DNA of 61,910 nucleotides from a virus (Duplodnaviria; Caudoviricetes): IMG/VR virus record IMGVR_UViG_3300000234_000005, positions 1 to 61,910 of that record; one strand, 5' to 3'. Shown piece by piece: positions 19,464 to 28,814 of this stretch (position 1 is its first letter; each line of letters starts with the position of its first letter). The notes under the pieces were generated by a model. It saw only the letters and a program-made list of their open reading frames with translations, ran no database searches and was not told where the DNA came from. The position numbers and the translations under genes were made by a program.

Positions 19464-19597
19464 CACTCCGAACCTAAAGCAAACCAAAAGCAACACATCG
19501 CTTCGCTCTAAATCCAACACCAAACACCAACACCTCGCATGAGAGAGAGCCTTGAGAGAGAGCATCGCACTTTGTTACCTCGCAATAAATCAAATCC

Positions 19598-19625
19598 GCT
19601 CACTACGTTCGCATTAGCTTGGACA
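19598..19625 (+). promoter_or_regulatory. Candidate hairpin early promoter, copy 2
   Basis: GCTCACTACGTTCGCATTAGCTTGGACA; 26/28 identical to copy 1; template loop GTA. Confidence 0.55.
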
Positions 19626-19650
19626 TTTCATCATCCCTTCGGAGATTATC

Positions 19651-19728
19651 ATGAGCATCATGTACACCACATTAGCCTTCCTTGCAGTATGGTCATCAGT
19701 ATTTGTTATGGCAGTTAATTCAATTTAA
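19651..19728 (+). CDS. 25-aa hydrophobic early peptide
   Basis: GGAG RBS; MSIMYTTLAFLAVWSSVFVMAVNSI, one TM-like segment. Confidence 0.45.
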   Translation: MSIMYTTLAFLAVWSSVFVMAVNSI

Positions 19729-19742
19729 TCAGGAGATTTACC

Positions 19743-19994
19743 ATGAACTTCAACGCACTCACCAAGGCCCAGCTTATTGCCATTTGCCAAGAGCAGCAAG
19801 CAGAAATCTTTGAGCTCCGTGCTCAATCCAAGTCTGATGTACCTCGTCCTAAAGACAGAACTTCAAGTTCAAGTGAAGTGCTCAAGGAAATGAAGGAACT
19901 TGCTCTGAAACATAAGGCAGTTGTCCGTAAAGGAGAGCATGGTTTTGAGATTTATGTAAGTAAATCAAAGACTTGGGAGGTCATTTTAAAGTAA
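19743..19994 (+). CDS. Early hypothetical protein
   Basis: 83 aa, AGGAG RBS. Confidence 0.75.
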   Translation: MNFNALTKAQLIAICQEQQAEIFELRAQSKSDVPRPKDRTSSSSEVLKEMKELALKHKAVVRKGEHGFEIYVSKSKTWEVILK

Positions 19995-20033
19995 TTTCTC
20001 AATTTTCTCAATTTTCTCAATTTTCTCAATTTC
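19993..20033. repeat. 9-bp tandem repeat AATTTTCTC (3 perfect plus 2 partial units)
   Basis: Directly visible in intergenic DNA. Confidence 0.8.
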
Positions 20034-20141
20034 CACCATACACAACCATACAGGAGTACCTTGTGAAATAACCCTCGCATTTAATCCATCAACCCATCCT
20101 CATTAACCAACCAAACCCTTTTCATTCTTCGGAGATTTACC

Positions 20142-20783
20142 ATGACTACTATGACCATCGAACAAGCTGTACAGTCAGCAAAAGACAAAATTGCAGCAAT
20201 CAAAGCAAACGCTGCTGTTCAACGTCAGCTTAAAACCTTGACCAATGAAAAATTCCTTGAAGCAAAAGCTTCATTGGAAATCAAGCAGGACGAAATCAAT
20301 ACCCTGAACTCATCCATCGACGTCTGCAAGGGCGTAGTTGAGCAGATTCCTGTGTACGATAATCGTACAAAGCAGAACAGAAAATGGAACGGATCGAGTA
20401 ACTTCAACTTCGACATTCCTGTTCAACTCCTCACCAACCTATGTAGCAACGTACAGTACGCGAACTCTGCCCACAAGCAACTCATGCTTGCATCCATCAA
20501 CCTCCCAGAGTTGTTAGTTATTGAAATCAATCGCCTGTTCTCTCAGAACTCACGCTACAGTTCTGTACAGGAGACAATCCTATCCGGTACAGCAGGTACT
20601 ACCGAAGAATACGTGAAAATCGTATCTCTTGCAGGTGACTACCTTGGCATTGAATTCGATACCACGCAATTTGCCCAAGCCAACCTCGATCGTATCGAGA
20701 CTAAGGCTTTGGTAATTGCTGAACGTATGGAAGCTCAACATGACGAGGCGAAGCTCCTCTATCAGAAGGCACTGAGCCTGTAA
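20142..20783 (+). CDS. Early hypothetical protein upstream of RNAP
   Basis: 213 aa, GGAG RBS, codon usage like the other early genes. Confidence 0.8.
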   Translation: MTTMTIEQAVQSAKDKIAAIKANAAVQRQLKTLTNEKFLEAKASLEIKQDEINTLNSSIDVCKGVVEQIPVYDNRTKQNRKWNGSSNFNFDIPVQLLTNLCSNVQYANSAHKQLMLASINLPELLVIEINRLFSQNSRYSSVQETILSGTAGTTEEYVKIVSLAGDYLGIEFDTTQFAQANLDRIETKALVIAERMEAQHDEAKLLYQKALSL

Positions 20784-20788
20784 TCCGA

Positions 20789-20816
20789 AGTCCTAAGCAA
20801 GACTATAAACTGCTTA
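20789..20816 (+). ncRNA. Small H-type pseudoknot motif, copy 2 (RNAP leader)
   Basis: AGTC-CTAAGCAA-GACT-ATAAAC-TGCTTA. Confidence 0.55.
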
Positions 20817-20843
20817 CCTTTTTTTATCCTTGGAGAGACTACC

Positions 20844-23300
20844 ATGCGTGCTAACATCTTAAACGGCCAACTTCCTTTCCCTTCACTAGCTAAAGTTGAA
20901 GACCTATTTGGTAAAGAAATCGCTACCTTTGCTAACTCCATGTGGGGAGCCATTTGGCATAACTACTTAGTCAGCAAAGGCTCAATCTCCTCCGCTTACT
21001 GGCATGACAAACTGAACAACTCCGAGGTATTCAACATCCTCGTAGTCTCTCTATCGAACGCTGGATGGATTGTATCTCACGCAATCCCCGAACGTAACTG
21101 GCTTGAAATTCACCTCAATGAATCAAAGCTTTACGAATTCGTATCAGCCAAAGAAATTGAAGAAGTACGTGCCAACTTCAAGTTTGCAAAGTACCGTCTG
21201 CGCAATACTGAAGCGCAAGCACCTGACCTAGTCCGTGCCAACGGTAAAACCAAAGTCACCGGCCTATACCGTGAAGGGTTTCAGAAAGCTGCCAATACCG
21301 AATTTAGTTTCGATATTGAAGCTCTACAAGCCAACAAGGAAGTCATTGGGAAGAACCTCACCAAGTCTATGACCAAAGTACGGGAATTCTATCCTGAAAT
21401 GGGAGCATCCATTGCAGACTACGATGCTATTAGCGTTGACATCCTTGACTGGCTCACTCACACCAAGGAAACCTTCACTCGCGGTAATACCTTCCTTGAT
21501 TCCCGAGGTCGTGCCATTAGTTCTTCTCTTTCCAAAGTAGCAAACCCAATATCTTCTAAAGATTTTCGAGCACTACTCATCATTCCCAAGAAGTATCGAG
21601 TCAAAGCTACCCAAGCTGGTGCAGATGCCATCTTCCTCTTCGTTGCAGAACTTGCTGGCTATAAAGCTGGCCCTTCAGTAGACGATAAGACAGCATATGG
21701 TATCGAATGCTGGTTGAGTAACTTCAACCATACATTAGATGTAACTAACGAGTCTGACCGAGCTGATGTGTACGAAAACATCTGGCTAACCCGTCTATAT
21801 GAAGACCTCAATAAGTTCTTCCAGCTCAAAGGTGTCGAGGGTGAACTGATCAAGCAATTCGCCTTATTCACTGGCGTATTTGATATGGATAGCACTCCAG
21901 ACTATGAGTGGACAGTACCTGTAGAAATCGACCAAGGTGCGTTGCCTAACATTGGCGCACTGTAAACCTTGTGAACTCAGGGAAAGCTAAGTCCGAAAGG
22001 ATATGCTAATCCTGATCTAAGCCTAGTAATAGGAAAGAGCAGAGACTATCGAACGACACAGTAATGTGAATCTAGTAGAGTAGGTACCAAGTGGTATCGA
22101 AGCGCAAGGCACTAGAAATAGTGATGATATAGTCCAATCCTTATAGAAATATAAGGCTGTACCATTAGTTTTGGTACGAGCAAGAATTAACGATTCTTGT
22201 TGAATAAAAGCAATGCTCCAGTACATCGCCATGCTCCTCAATGATGCTACCTTAGCTTCGTTAACAAACATGGTAGAAGGTACATTAACTGACCCTTGGA
22301 AAATTGAAGGACTACCACGCAAAATGGTAAAGGAAGCAGCAACTCCTATGCTGTATGGCTCTACGAAGAACGCTGCTGCACTTTGGGAGCAAAACAATAC
22401 TACCTATACCCTCCAACATATTGAAGTCTACAACAAGGCTCTCAGTACCGGAGGATTAGGTATTGCAAACTCCTTCAAAGACTTCGTTCTGAACTACTGC
22501 AAACCACAGGAGAAAATGCAAATCACCATCTGGAATGATACCTTTGATATCGAGTGTAATCGTTACCGCAATATTGGTGATAAAACCAATCTGTACAGGG
22601 TATACGACACTGAGTCAAAAGCTGTCAAATCAGTGTTCCATACCACCACTAAAGAAATAGCTGACTTGGGGCAATTCAAGCGTTACTTCCAGACACTGCT
22701 CGTTTTCTAACTGTGGGCGAGCAGTATAATATAAACAGGGTTAATTGCTGGAACGCTAATGGCTAACGCCTATGCCAATCAGCAGCCAAGCTTAGGTAGG
22801 AATACCTTTGAAGGTTCAGAGACTAGGATAAACAATCTAGAACAGATTATGAAATCCGTAAGCGAGTCAAGTGACCGCTGAAACGCCCTGCTCTACAGTA
22901 ATGTAGATGAAGATATAGTCCAGCACTCCATTGAAAAACGGAGACTAATTGACATACTTGTTAGGTAATTCAATTAGGTTCAGAGTAACGCCTGAATTAA
23001 TATCTGCACAACCTTGACTCACAAGTAGCTGATGAGGTTAGTTATGCTATTGCCTCGCAAGGTGGTTTCGTAATTGACATTCATGACGCATTTATTCTCA
23101 ATCCAGAGGATGCACCAACAGCTCGATCTGTGTATTCTCAACTAATGGAGGAAATCAGAAGCAACCGTAAGGATATTCTTACTGCTTTCTTCCAGTCCAT
23201 TGGAATCACCGCAGAAGCCTCAGAAGCATGGGAACAACTTCAGTCTAAGGTAACCCCATTGCCTGATGACTTTAAGTGCTTTATGATGGCTATGAAGTAA
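20844..23300 (+). CDS. Single-subunit T7/N4-type DNA-dependent RNA polymerase; three exons (20844-21942, 22211-22704, 23007-23300), 628 aa
   Basis: The spliced product restores DSRGR, motif A VPVEIDQGASMLQ, motif B RKMVKEAATPMLYG, LVHNLDS and motif C IHDAF. Confidence 0.9.
21943..22210 (+). mobile_element. Group I intron 1 in RNAP (268 nt, no ORF)
   Basis: P1 GTGCGT/GCGCAC with U.G at the splice site; P10 CATTG/CAATG; R element CAGAGACTA; S element GATATAGTCC; terminal G at 22210. Confidence 0.92.
22705..23006 (+). mobile_element. Group I intron 2 in RNAP (302 nt, no ORF)
   Basis: P1 ACTGCTCGTT/GGCGAGCAGT; P10 TGTG/CACA; P AATTGCTGGAA; Q AATCAGCAGCC; R TCAGAGACTA; S AAGATATAGTCC; terminal G at 23006. 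Confidence 0.92.
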
Positions 23301-23307
23301 ATAATGA

Positions 23308-23351
23308 TAGTCTATTAGCTTCGGCTAGTAGGCTACTTTATTTTTTTTTTT
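23308..23351 (+). terminator. Rho-independent terminator after RNAP
   Basis: 12-bp stem with TTCG loop and a long T-run. Confidence 0.85.
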
Positions 23352-23429
23352 CTTTATTTTTTACTAGTACGAGAAAGGCGGTTCTTTATTTTTTGAAGAA
23401 CATATTTTAACAATTGAAGGAGACCTATA

Positions 23430-23675
23430 ATGATTGAATTTGCATTTGCTATTCTTATTCTTGCTGTACTTGTATGGTTCAAGAACAGTATTAAAGTAGC
23501 TGCTGAAGCACTTGAAGATACCTCTGAATCGTATTTTGAAGATGTCATCGTAGACAATGCTATTGATAGGCAGGAGAGATTCAAAGAGCTGACGGAGTAC
23601 AAAACCAGAAATAGTATTGATACATTTGTATCCCATGATGATATTTTGAAAGAAGTATCAATGAAACGACGCTAA
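23430..23675 (+). CDS. Small membrane-anchored hypothetical protein
   Basis: AAGGAG RBS, N-terminal TM helix. Confidence 0.7.
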   Translation: MIEFAFAILILAVLVWFKNSIKVAAEALEDTSESYFEDVIVDNAIDRQERFKELTEYKTRNSIDTFVSHDDILKEVSMKRR

Positions 23676-24015
23676 CTACAAACCGGAGAATAATCATGAC
23701 CCCTAACAAACAAATCATAATTCGTGAAGATCCAAACTCCAATGCTTGGGTACTTCATGTAGAAAAAGTACCCACCAAACCCAAAGTAACCATTGTAGAT
23801 AAGCCTTTGCAATGGGGTCACCATATGCGAACTGCTAGAAGCACAAAAATGTCATCATGAATCTGCCAGACCCAACACCTCAGATAGGATTACTAACCTT
23901 AATCCTAATTACCATCCTTGTTTACGTCTACCAAACCTTCATCATAGGAAACTAATAATACAAGGTAAAAATTTCAAACCTTAACCTTTAAATTTACCTA
24001 GTAGGAATCATTATT

Positions 24016-24252
24016 ATGGCACTTATTGAAACAATTGAATCAACTAAATGTAACCCAAGCCCAACTGACTGGTCTAATGCACCTGATTGGGCTAATTGGA
24101 AAGCTACTGACGAGAATTGCGAAGTATGGTGGTTTGCGTATAAACCCTATTCACTATTCTCTGGCTGGACAAACAACATTGGTAAATGCCAAGTAGCTGG
24201 CAAAGAAGTAACCGCTGATTGGAAATCATCTCTTCAACAACGACCTAGATAA
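24016..24252 (+). CDS. Hypothetical phage protein (DW..AP.WA.W.A.D family)
   Basis: Trp-rich motif ending W..SL..RP; paralogous to the N-terminus of 24469..24996. Confidence 0.7.
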   Translation: MALIETIESTKCNPSPTDWSNAPDWANWKATDENCEVWWFAYKPYSLFSGWTNNIGKCQVAGKEVTADWKSSLQQRPR

Positions 24253-24293
24253 TCAATATCAAAATTGTTGAATTTATGCCTTAGGAGATTATT

Positions 24294-24434
24294 ATGACTG
24301 ACAAAGAGTTTTTGCAATGGCTGTATGAACGCCTTGTTTATGTACATAAAGAAAATTCTGCGTATGATTATATGTGGAAACTTCGTGACATTATTAATGC
24401 CACACCACCTGATAAAGTAACACCAAATACTTAA
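24294..24434 (+). CDS. Hypothetical protein (46 aa)
   Basis: AGGAG RBS; MTDKEFLQWLYERLVYVHKEN...; below the ORF-track cutoff. Confidence 0.55.
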   Translation: MTDKEFLQWLYERLVYVHKENSAYDYMWKLRDIINATPPDKVTPNT

Positions 24435-24468
24435 CTAAAATACAATAACCTTAAACGAGAAATTAACT

Positions 24469-24996
24469 ATGATATTTAATTGGTCACTATGCTCCTCTTG
24501 GGCTAACTACGTTGCTATGGATAAGGATGGGGAATGGTGGGAATATGAAGAGAAACCTTCAAGCTATACAACAATGTTTCTGGCCACCAAAGGTGAATCT
24601 AATATCCTATTCACAGAACCATGCCCTCCTTCAAATTGGGAAGATACCCTTATGGAACGACCTAAGCAAATTGGACAACCTACTCCGCATCCTCACAAAG
24701 ATTTAATCATCGCATGGGCAAATGGTGCGAAAATTCAACGTAAAAATGTTCTAACAGAGGAATGGACTGATGCAGCCAATTCACCCTTATGGTCTCCCGA
24801 TACAGAGTATCGTATTAAACCAGAACCAATTATTCTCCAATATCGTAAGTATCTTACCGTGTATAACTACTACGTTAACAAAAGAACTGTATACGAAATT
24901 GTTATTGCTACTGACCCTTCATACAATGTCGAAAAAGAACCAAACTTTGTGAAATGGCTTGATGACGATTGGGTAGTAATGGAAATAAACCCTTAA
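24469..24996 (+). CDS. Hypothetical phage protein (two fused small domains)
   Basis: WANYVAMDKDGEWW domain plus PHPHKDLIIAWANGAKIQ...EYRIKP domain. Confidence 0.7.
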   Translation: MIFNWSLCSSWANYVAMDKDGEWWEYEEKPSSYTTMFLATKGESNILFTEPCPPSNWEDTLMERPKQIGQPTPHPHKDLIIAWANGAKIQRKNVLTEEWTDAANSPLWSPDTEYRIKPEPIILQYRKYLTVYNYYVNKRTVYEIVIATDPSYNVEKEPNFVKWLDDDWVVMEINP

Positions 24997-25096
24997 TAAA
25001 ACCATCATACTAAAAGAGTAAAAAACGTACAAACTGCACTTTTATAACGTATAGTGTTCACTGCACAATAACATGCAGCGTGTTATGCAAATTCTA

Positions 25097-25381
25097 TTAC
25101 TTATCTCGCAAAAGAATTGCGTACATTCCGTTACAATGATGTAAATTTGTCTTATTATGTTTTTTACTAAAATTAGATTTTAAAGTTTTTTTCATACAAG
25201 ATATAGGATACTCAGGATTTAGATTACAAAATTTTTCTATAGTTGTATTTGCAACTACAGCCTCAAAAGTATCATAAGAACGAATTTCAACAGGTAATTT
25301 CCATACACGTTTTTCAATTTTTTTCACAAGACTTACCTTTTTATTATTAAATATAAAACCATTGGCGGAATAGTAATTCAC
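25097..25381 (-). CDS. Hypothetical protein, possible endonuclease DNA-binding remnant
   Basis: 94 aa ORF on the strand opposite its neighbours, alternative start codon, Lys-rich. Confidence 0.3.
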   Translation of the reverse strand: MNYYSANGFIFNNKKVSLVKKIEKRVWKLPVEIRSYDTFEAVVANTTIEKFCNLNPEYPISCMKKTLKSNFSKKHNKTNLHHCNGMYAILLRDK

Positions 25382-25446
25382 ACCAAGCTTTTATATTATA
25401 CTATAGTACATCTCATTAGCTAATTTCCTACTTTACGAGCACCATT

Positions 25447-25650
25447 ATGAATATTGATAAACTTAATGATTTTCTAGCTGCCAACTCTTGTTTTGACAAA
25501 TCAAAAGTAACAGGCACTCTCGAAGTACCATTATCTAACCATTCTTCTTTGTTAGTTATGGTATCTACTCCTGAAGATCAACTCTCACTAGCTTTTGACT
25601 ATTTAAAACAAATTGTTCAAGAAGACACCGACGAACCATTAATTGCATAG
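25447..25650 (+). CDS. Hypothetical protein
   Basis: 67 aa ORF in the co-oriented gene run. Confidence 0.55.
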   Translation: MNIDKLNDFLAANSCFDKSKVTGTLEVPLSNHSSLLVMVSTPEDQLSLAFDYLKQIVQEDTDEPLIA

Positions 25651-25658
25651 GTAGTAAC

Positions 25659-26078
25659 ATGACTAATATTAGGCATAGCCCAATCTCAAATATAAAAGCA
25701 ATAGCTAACTACTACTCTGCATTAGATAACACACCAGTTAAATATGTTTGCACTACAGAACTTCCAAAAGTAGATAATCGTCCGGTAGATATTTTCTATC
25801 GAGATACTCCTCATCCGCAATTTGGTAATCACTACTTCGGCATTCTATTTAACGATAACAAAATGCTTATCACCAACGCAGACGATGTTGAATCTCTTAC
25901 TTTCCGTATGATGGTATTGCCCGGAGGAACTTTCTATTCGCATTACCGCAATAATTACCTTGTTGTAGATGATTTTTTTATTGATGGTGGTCGAGCATAC
26001 ACACGAACAAATTGTCCAAACATTGCTAGCTATATTATTCGTAATGGTGAATTTGTTATTGATCAATATACAAAATGA
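25659..26078 (+). CDS. Conserved hypothetical phage protein
   Basis: DIFYR..PHP.FGN.YFG and YS.YR..Y......IDGGRAY.R motifs. Confidence 0.7.
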   Translation: MTNIRHSPISNIKAIANYYSALDNTPVKYVCTTELPKVDNRPVDIFYRDTPHPQFGNHYFGILFNDNKMLITNADDVESLTFRMMVLPGGTFYSHYRNNYLVVDDFFIDGGRAYTRTNCPNIASYIIRNGEFVIDQYTK

Positions 26079-26575
26079 TAAGCAAACAACACATAATTAA
26101 TGTCGTAATTTTCGTACTAGTATTTCTAGCCCTTACCTATCCATTATTTGCCTTATTAGCTTTTATAGTCTACGTGGCAGTAGAGGCATTGGTTACCCGA
26201 AAGTCATCTAATGAACATGTAAAGCCTGAATCTGTAGTTATTCCTCAGATTGATTATCCAATTGATTATCCAATTGATTATCCAATTGATTGCCAAATAA
26301 AAAGTAATCAATTCATGTCTGCCGAAGAAAAACAAATCTATCTTCAATCTGACAAATGGAAAAACTTATGCAAACTTGTAAAAGAACGAGACAATAACAA
26401 ATGCGTAATTTCTGGAAGTACAAACAATCTCGAAATTCATCATTTACACTATCTAAATCTTGGAGCAGAACGATTAGAAGATCTCATTACCCTATCAAGA
26501 GAATGCCACCAATTGCAACATGACTATTATGGTTATGATCGCAGCACTATTTACCTACCCCTAATTCACCTATAA
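26075..26575 (+). CDS. Membrane-anchored HNH endonuclease-like protein
   Basis: N-terminal TM helices, IDYP x3 repeat, YL.S.KW...RD..KC...LEIHH..Y...E...DLITL...CH...H. Confidence 0.7.
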   Translation: MISKQHIINVVIFVLVFLALTYPLFALLAFIVYVAVEALVTRKSSNEHVKPESVVIPQIDYPIDYPIDYPIDCQIKSNQFMSAEEKQIYLQSDKWKNLCKLVKERDNNKCVISGSTNNLEIHHLHYLNLGAERLEDLITLSRECHQLQHDYYGYDRSTIYLPLIHL

Positions 26576-26606
26576 ACACAATATTATCACAGAAAGGAAA
26601 GTTAAA

Positions 26607-27749
26607 ATGCCTACTCCTATTACTGCCTCTATTCGCTGGAACAAATCGGGAAATAAGAACTTTCTAATTCCCTTTTCTGATGGTTTAACCTCAACACTTG
26701 CTGCTGCTATTTATGAAGTTGGGTATAGCCAAGATCAAGGTTTTCATCTTGTATTCAAACACACTAGCTTCTCGATACCAGAAAAGATTTATAACTTCAA
26801 CAATAACGATATGAATTCCAGTCTCGAAGAAATTTTTTTGACTCGTTTTAAACAAGGTAGTTCAAATCTTGGTGTATTGCTACTAGGCGAAAAAGGCACA
26901 GGTAAATCTTTACTTCTAAAGCAAACTGCTAATCTAGCCCTACTTGCAAATTTACCTGTAATTATGGTTGAAAATTCATTTTCTACCGAAGCATTAGCTA
27001 ATTATCTATCCAGCATTCCAGATGAGTGTGTAGTTATGTTCGATGAATTTGAAAAGAAATTTGAACAAGATGGCAATAGCGCTCAATCACAAAGTGGATT
27101 ACTTTCATTCATGGACGGAACTTCAATCAACAAAAAGCTAATTGTGTTAACTGCTAATGATGAATGGTCAATTAGTCCATTTTTTATTAATCGCCCTTCT
27201 AGGATTAGATATTGCATCAATTACACAGAATTGACACGAGAATTTATTGAGCAATTTCTACAAGAAAACTTACTCTGCAAAGAAGCAGTTGAGACTCTGC
27301 TCAATGAACTTGATCTTGTTGAAAGTGTAAACTTTGACTTGTTAAATGCTATTGTTAACGAAATTAACATTATGTACCCTGACGAATCAATTAAAACAAT
27401 TTTAAAAATTCTTAATATCAAACGCGATCAAACTGATGTACTGTTATATGAAACAACATTCTTTATTAATGGTGAAAACTTAGGGACTCGTTTTGAAAGG
27501 ATTGACTGGGACTATATCCCAAATGGTGATCAAACAATCAACACTCCGTTGAAAACAGCAGGTGGTACTGACGTATATCGCAGTGTCCGAATTAAGCCAC
27601 AAAACCTAGTCCCAATCAAAGGCAAAAACCAATTTGTTTATAAAGAAGATAACGTAGAGTTTGATTACAGCGGTGAATATATTAAAGCCGATGTCAGAAT
27701 TGAATTTATTCGAGTTAAGCAAACTGTATGGCTTAACGGAGAATTTTAA
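26607..27749 (+). CDS. AAA+ ATPase
   Basis: Walker A GEKGTGKS, Walker B VVMFDEFEK, NRPSRIRY. Confidence 0.85.
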   Translation: MPTPITASIRWNKSGNKNFLIPFSDGLTSTLAAAIYEVGYSQDQGFHLVFKHTSFSIPEKIYNFNNNDMNSSLEEIFLTRFKQGSSNLGVLLLGEKGTGKSLLLKQTANLALLANLPVIMVENSFSTEALANYLSSIPDECVVMFDEFEKKFEQDGNSAQSQSGLLSFMDGTSINKKLIVLTANDEWSISPFFINRPSRIRYCINYTELTREFIEQFLQENLLCKEAVETLLNELDLVESVNFDLLNAIVNEINIMYPDESIKTILKILNIKRDQTDVLLYETTFFINGENLGTRFERIDWDYIPNGDQTINTPLKTAGGTDVYRSVRIKPQNLVPIKGKNQFVYKEDNVEFDYSGEYIKADVRIEFIRVKQTVWLNGEF

Positions 27750-27752
27750 TTA

Positions 27753-27829
27753 GTGCCCGTAGCTCATCTGGATAGAGCATCGGCCTTCTAAGCCGAGGGT
27801 AGCGGGTTCGAGTCCTGCCGGGCACACCA
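27753..27829 (+). tRNA. tRNA-Arg(UCU)
   Basis: Complete cloverleaf, loop CT-TCT-AA, encoded CCA. Confidence 0.95.
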
Positions 27830-27903
27830 TATATAAGAACACCTCATAACTTTGGTATGAGTAATTAAATATACTATTATTTTTCAATAATGAGGAAATA
27901 AAA

Positions 27904-28257
27904 ATGAACACTGAAAGAGACATGCTTGAGGAATCAATCTATAGCGTTTTTGATATCCCAACAAACGCCATAAAAAACACAACCGTAGCGAATCTTTATG
28001 ACGCCCAAAATGATCAATTTTTCACTATTGTTATGCCTGTATCCTTTGATTTGGCAGAAGAGTATATGCAAAAACATTATTTTGATCCAGATGAACCTAC
28101 CGGAGTTTTTAAAGGAACTCCAAAATCATTTGAAATCACGATTGCCGAACTCAAAACTCCAGCCATCTTAATTTATGAATTAGTAAGTATCATGATCGAA
28201 GCTAAAGAACTTCATGAAGAAATTGCTTTACATAATCTTATTCCATGTTCATATTAA
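27904..28257 (+). CDS. Hypothetical protein
   Basis: 117 aa, GAGG RBS. Confidence 0.65.
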   Translation: MNTERDMLEESIYSVFDIPTNAIKNTTVANLYDAQNDQFFTIVMPVSFDLAEEYMQKHYFDPDEPTGVFKGTPKSFEITIAELKTPAILIYELVSIMIEAKELHEEIALHNLIPCSY

Positions 28258-28302
28258 ACAATATAACCTCACCTACCCATCTCTAACTTCAAGGAGTATT
28301 TT

Positions 28303-28686
28303 ATGGGCTTAGATATGTATGCGTATGCGGTCAACAAATCCAAACTAGCTAATAACGACCAAGTAGATATTCTTTTGGATCGTAATGATACACTATTTAA
28401 ATATTGGCGTAAATTTTATGCTCTACACGATTGGATGCAAAATTTGTATATCTATAAAGGAGGGAGCAAAGAATTTAATTGTACTACTGTACGATTAATG
28501 CCTAGTGACTTACTTAAACTACAAGAAGCAGTAGAAGATCGTTCTTTAGTGCCTACTTCTAGCTTCTTTTTTGATGCGGCAGAAGCCTTAGTCGATGAAG
28601 ATTACAAATCAGTTACTGATTTTATCACCAAAGCCAGAGATGCTATTAAAAAAGGTAATGCAGTAGTATATGATTCTTGGTGGTAA
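28303..28686 (+). CDS. Conserved hypothetical phage protein (MGLDMY...YWRK...LH.WM...YDSWW family)
   Basis: Recognisable motif, AAGGAG RBS. Confidence 0.75.
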   Translation: MGLDMYAYAVNKSKLANNDQVDILLDRNDTLFKYWRKFYALHDWMQNLYIYKGGSKEFNCTTVRLMPSDLLKLQEAVEDRSLVPTSSFFFDAAEALVDEDYKSVTDFITKARDAIKKGNAVVYDSWW

Positions 28687-28694
28687 TTACCAAT

Positions 28695-28753
28695 TTAGAA
28701 ACTAACAGCAACTTTACACTAGACTTATAATCTTACCTGTAAAATGTTTCTAG
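28695..28753 (+). ncRNA. ACAGCAA-motif RNA 1 (Y-RNA-like), carrying an anticodon-loop-like hairpin
   Basis: Closing stem TAGAAAC/GTTTCTA, motif TAACAGCAA, inner stem TTTACA/TGTAAA enclosing AGA-CTTATAA-TCT. Confidence 0.65.
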
Positions 28754-28760
28754 TCTTTTA

Positions 28761-28806
28761 AGAGAACTAACAGCAATTCGTCTTTATGCAAAAATAAATG
28801 CTCTCT
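28761..28806 (+). ncRNA. ACAGCAA-motif RNA 2 (minimal)
   Basis: Closing stem AGAGAAC/GCTCTCT, motif TAACAGCAA, small TTTAT/ATAAA hairpin. Confidence 0.6.
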
Positions 28807-28814
28807 GCTACCGT

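Noticed and set aside
20844-22710. Two-subunit RNAP from the 373-aa and 165-aa ORFs, or stop-codon recoding
   Set aside because: The gaps contain complete group I intron cores, and splicing restores the motifs under the standard code.
26249-26293. 12-bp tandem repeat (IDYP x3) in the HNH gene
   Set aside because: Simple in-frame slippage in a linker; no sign of function.
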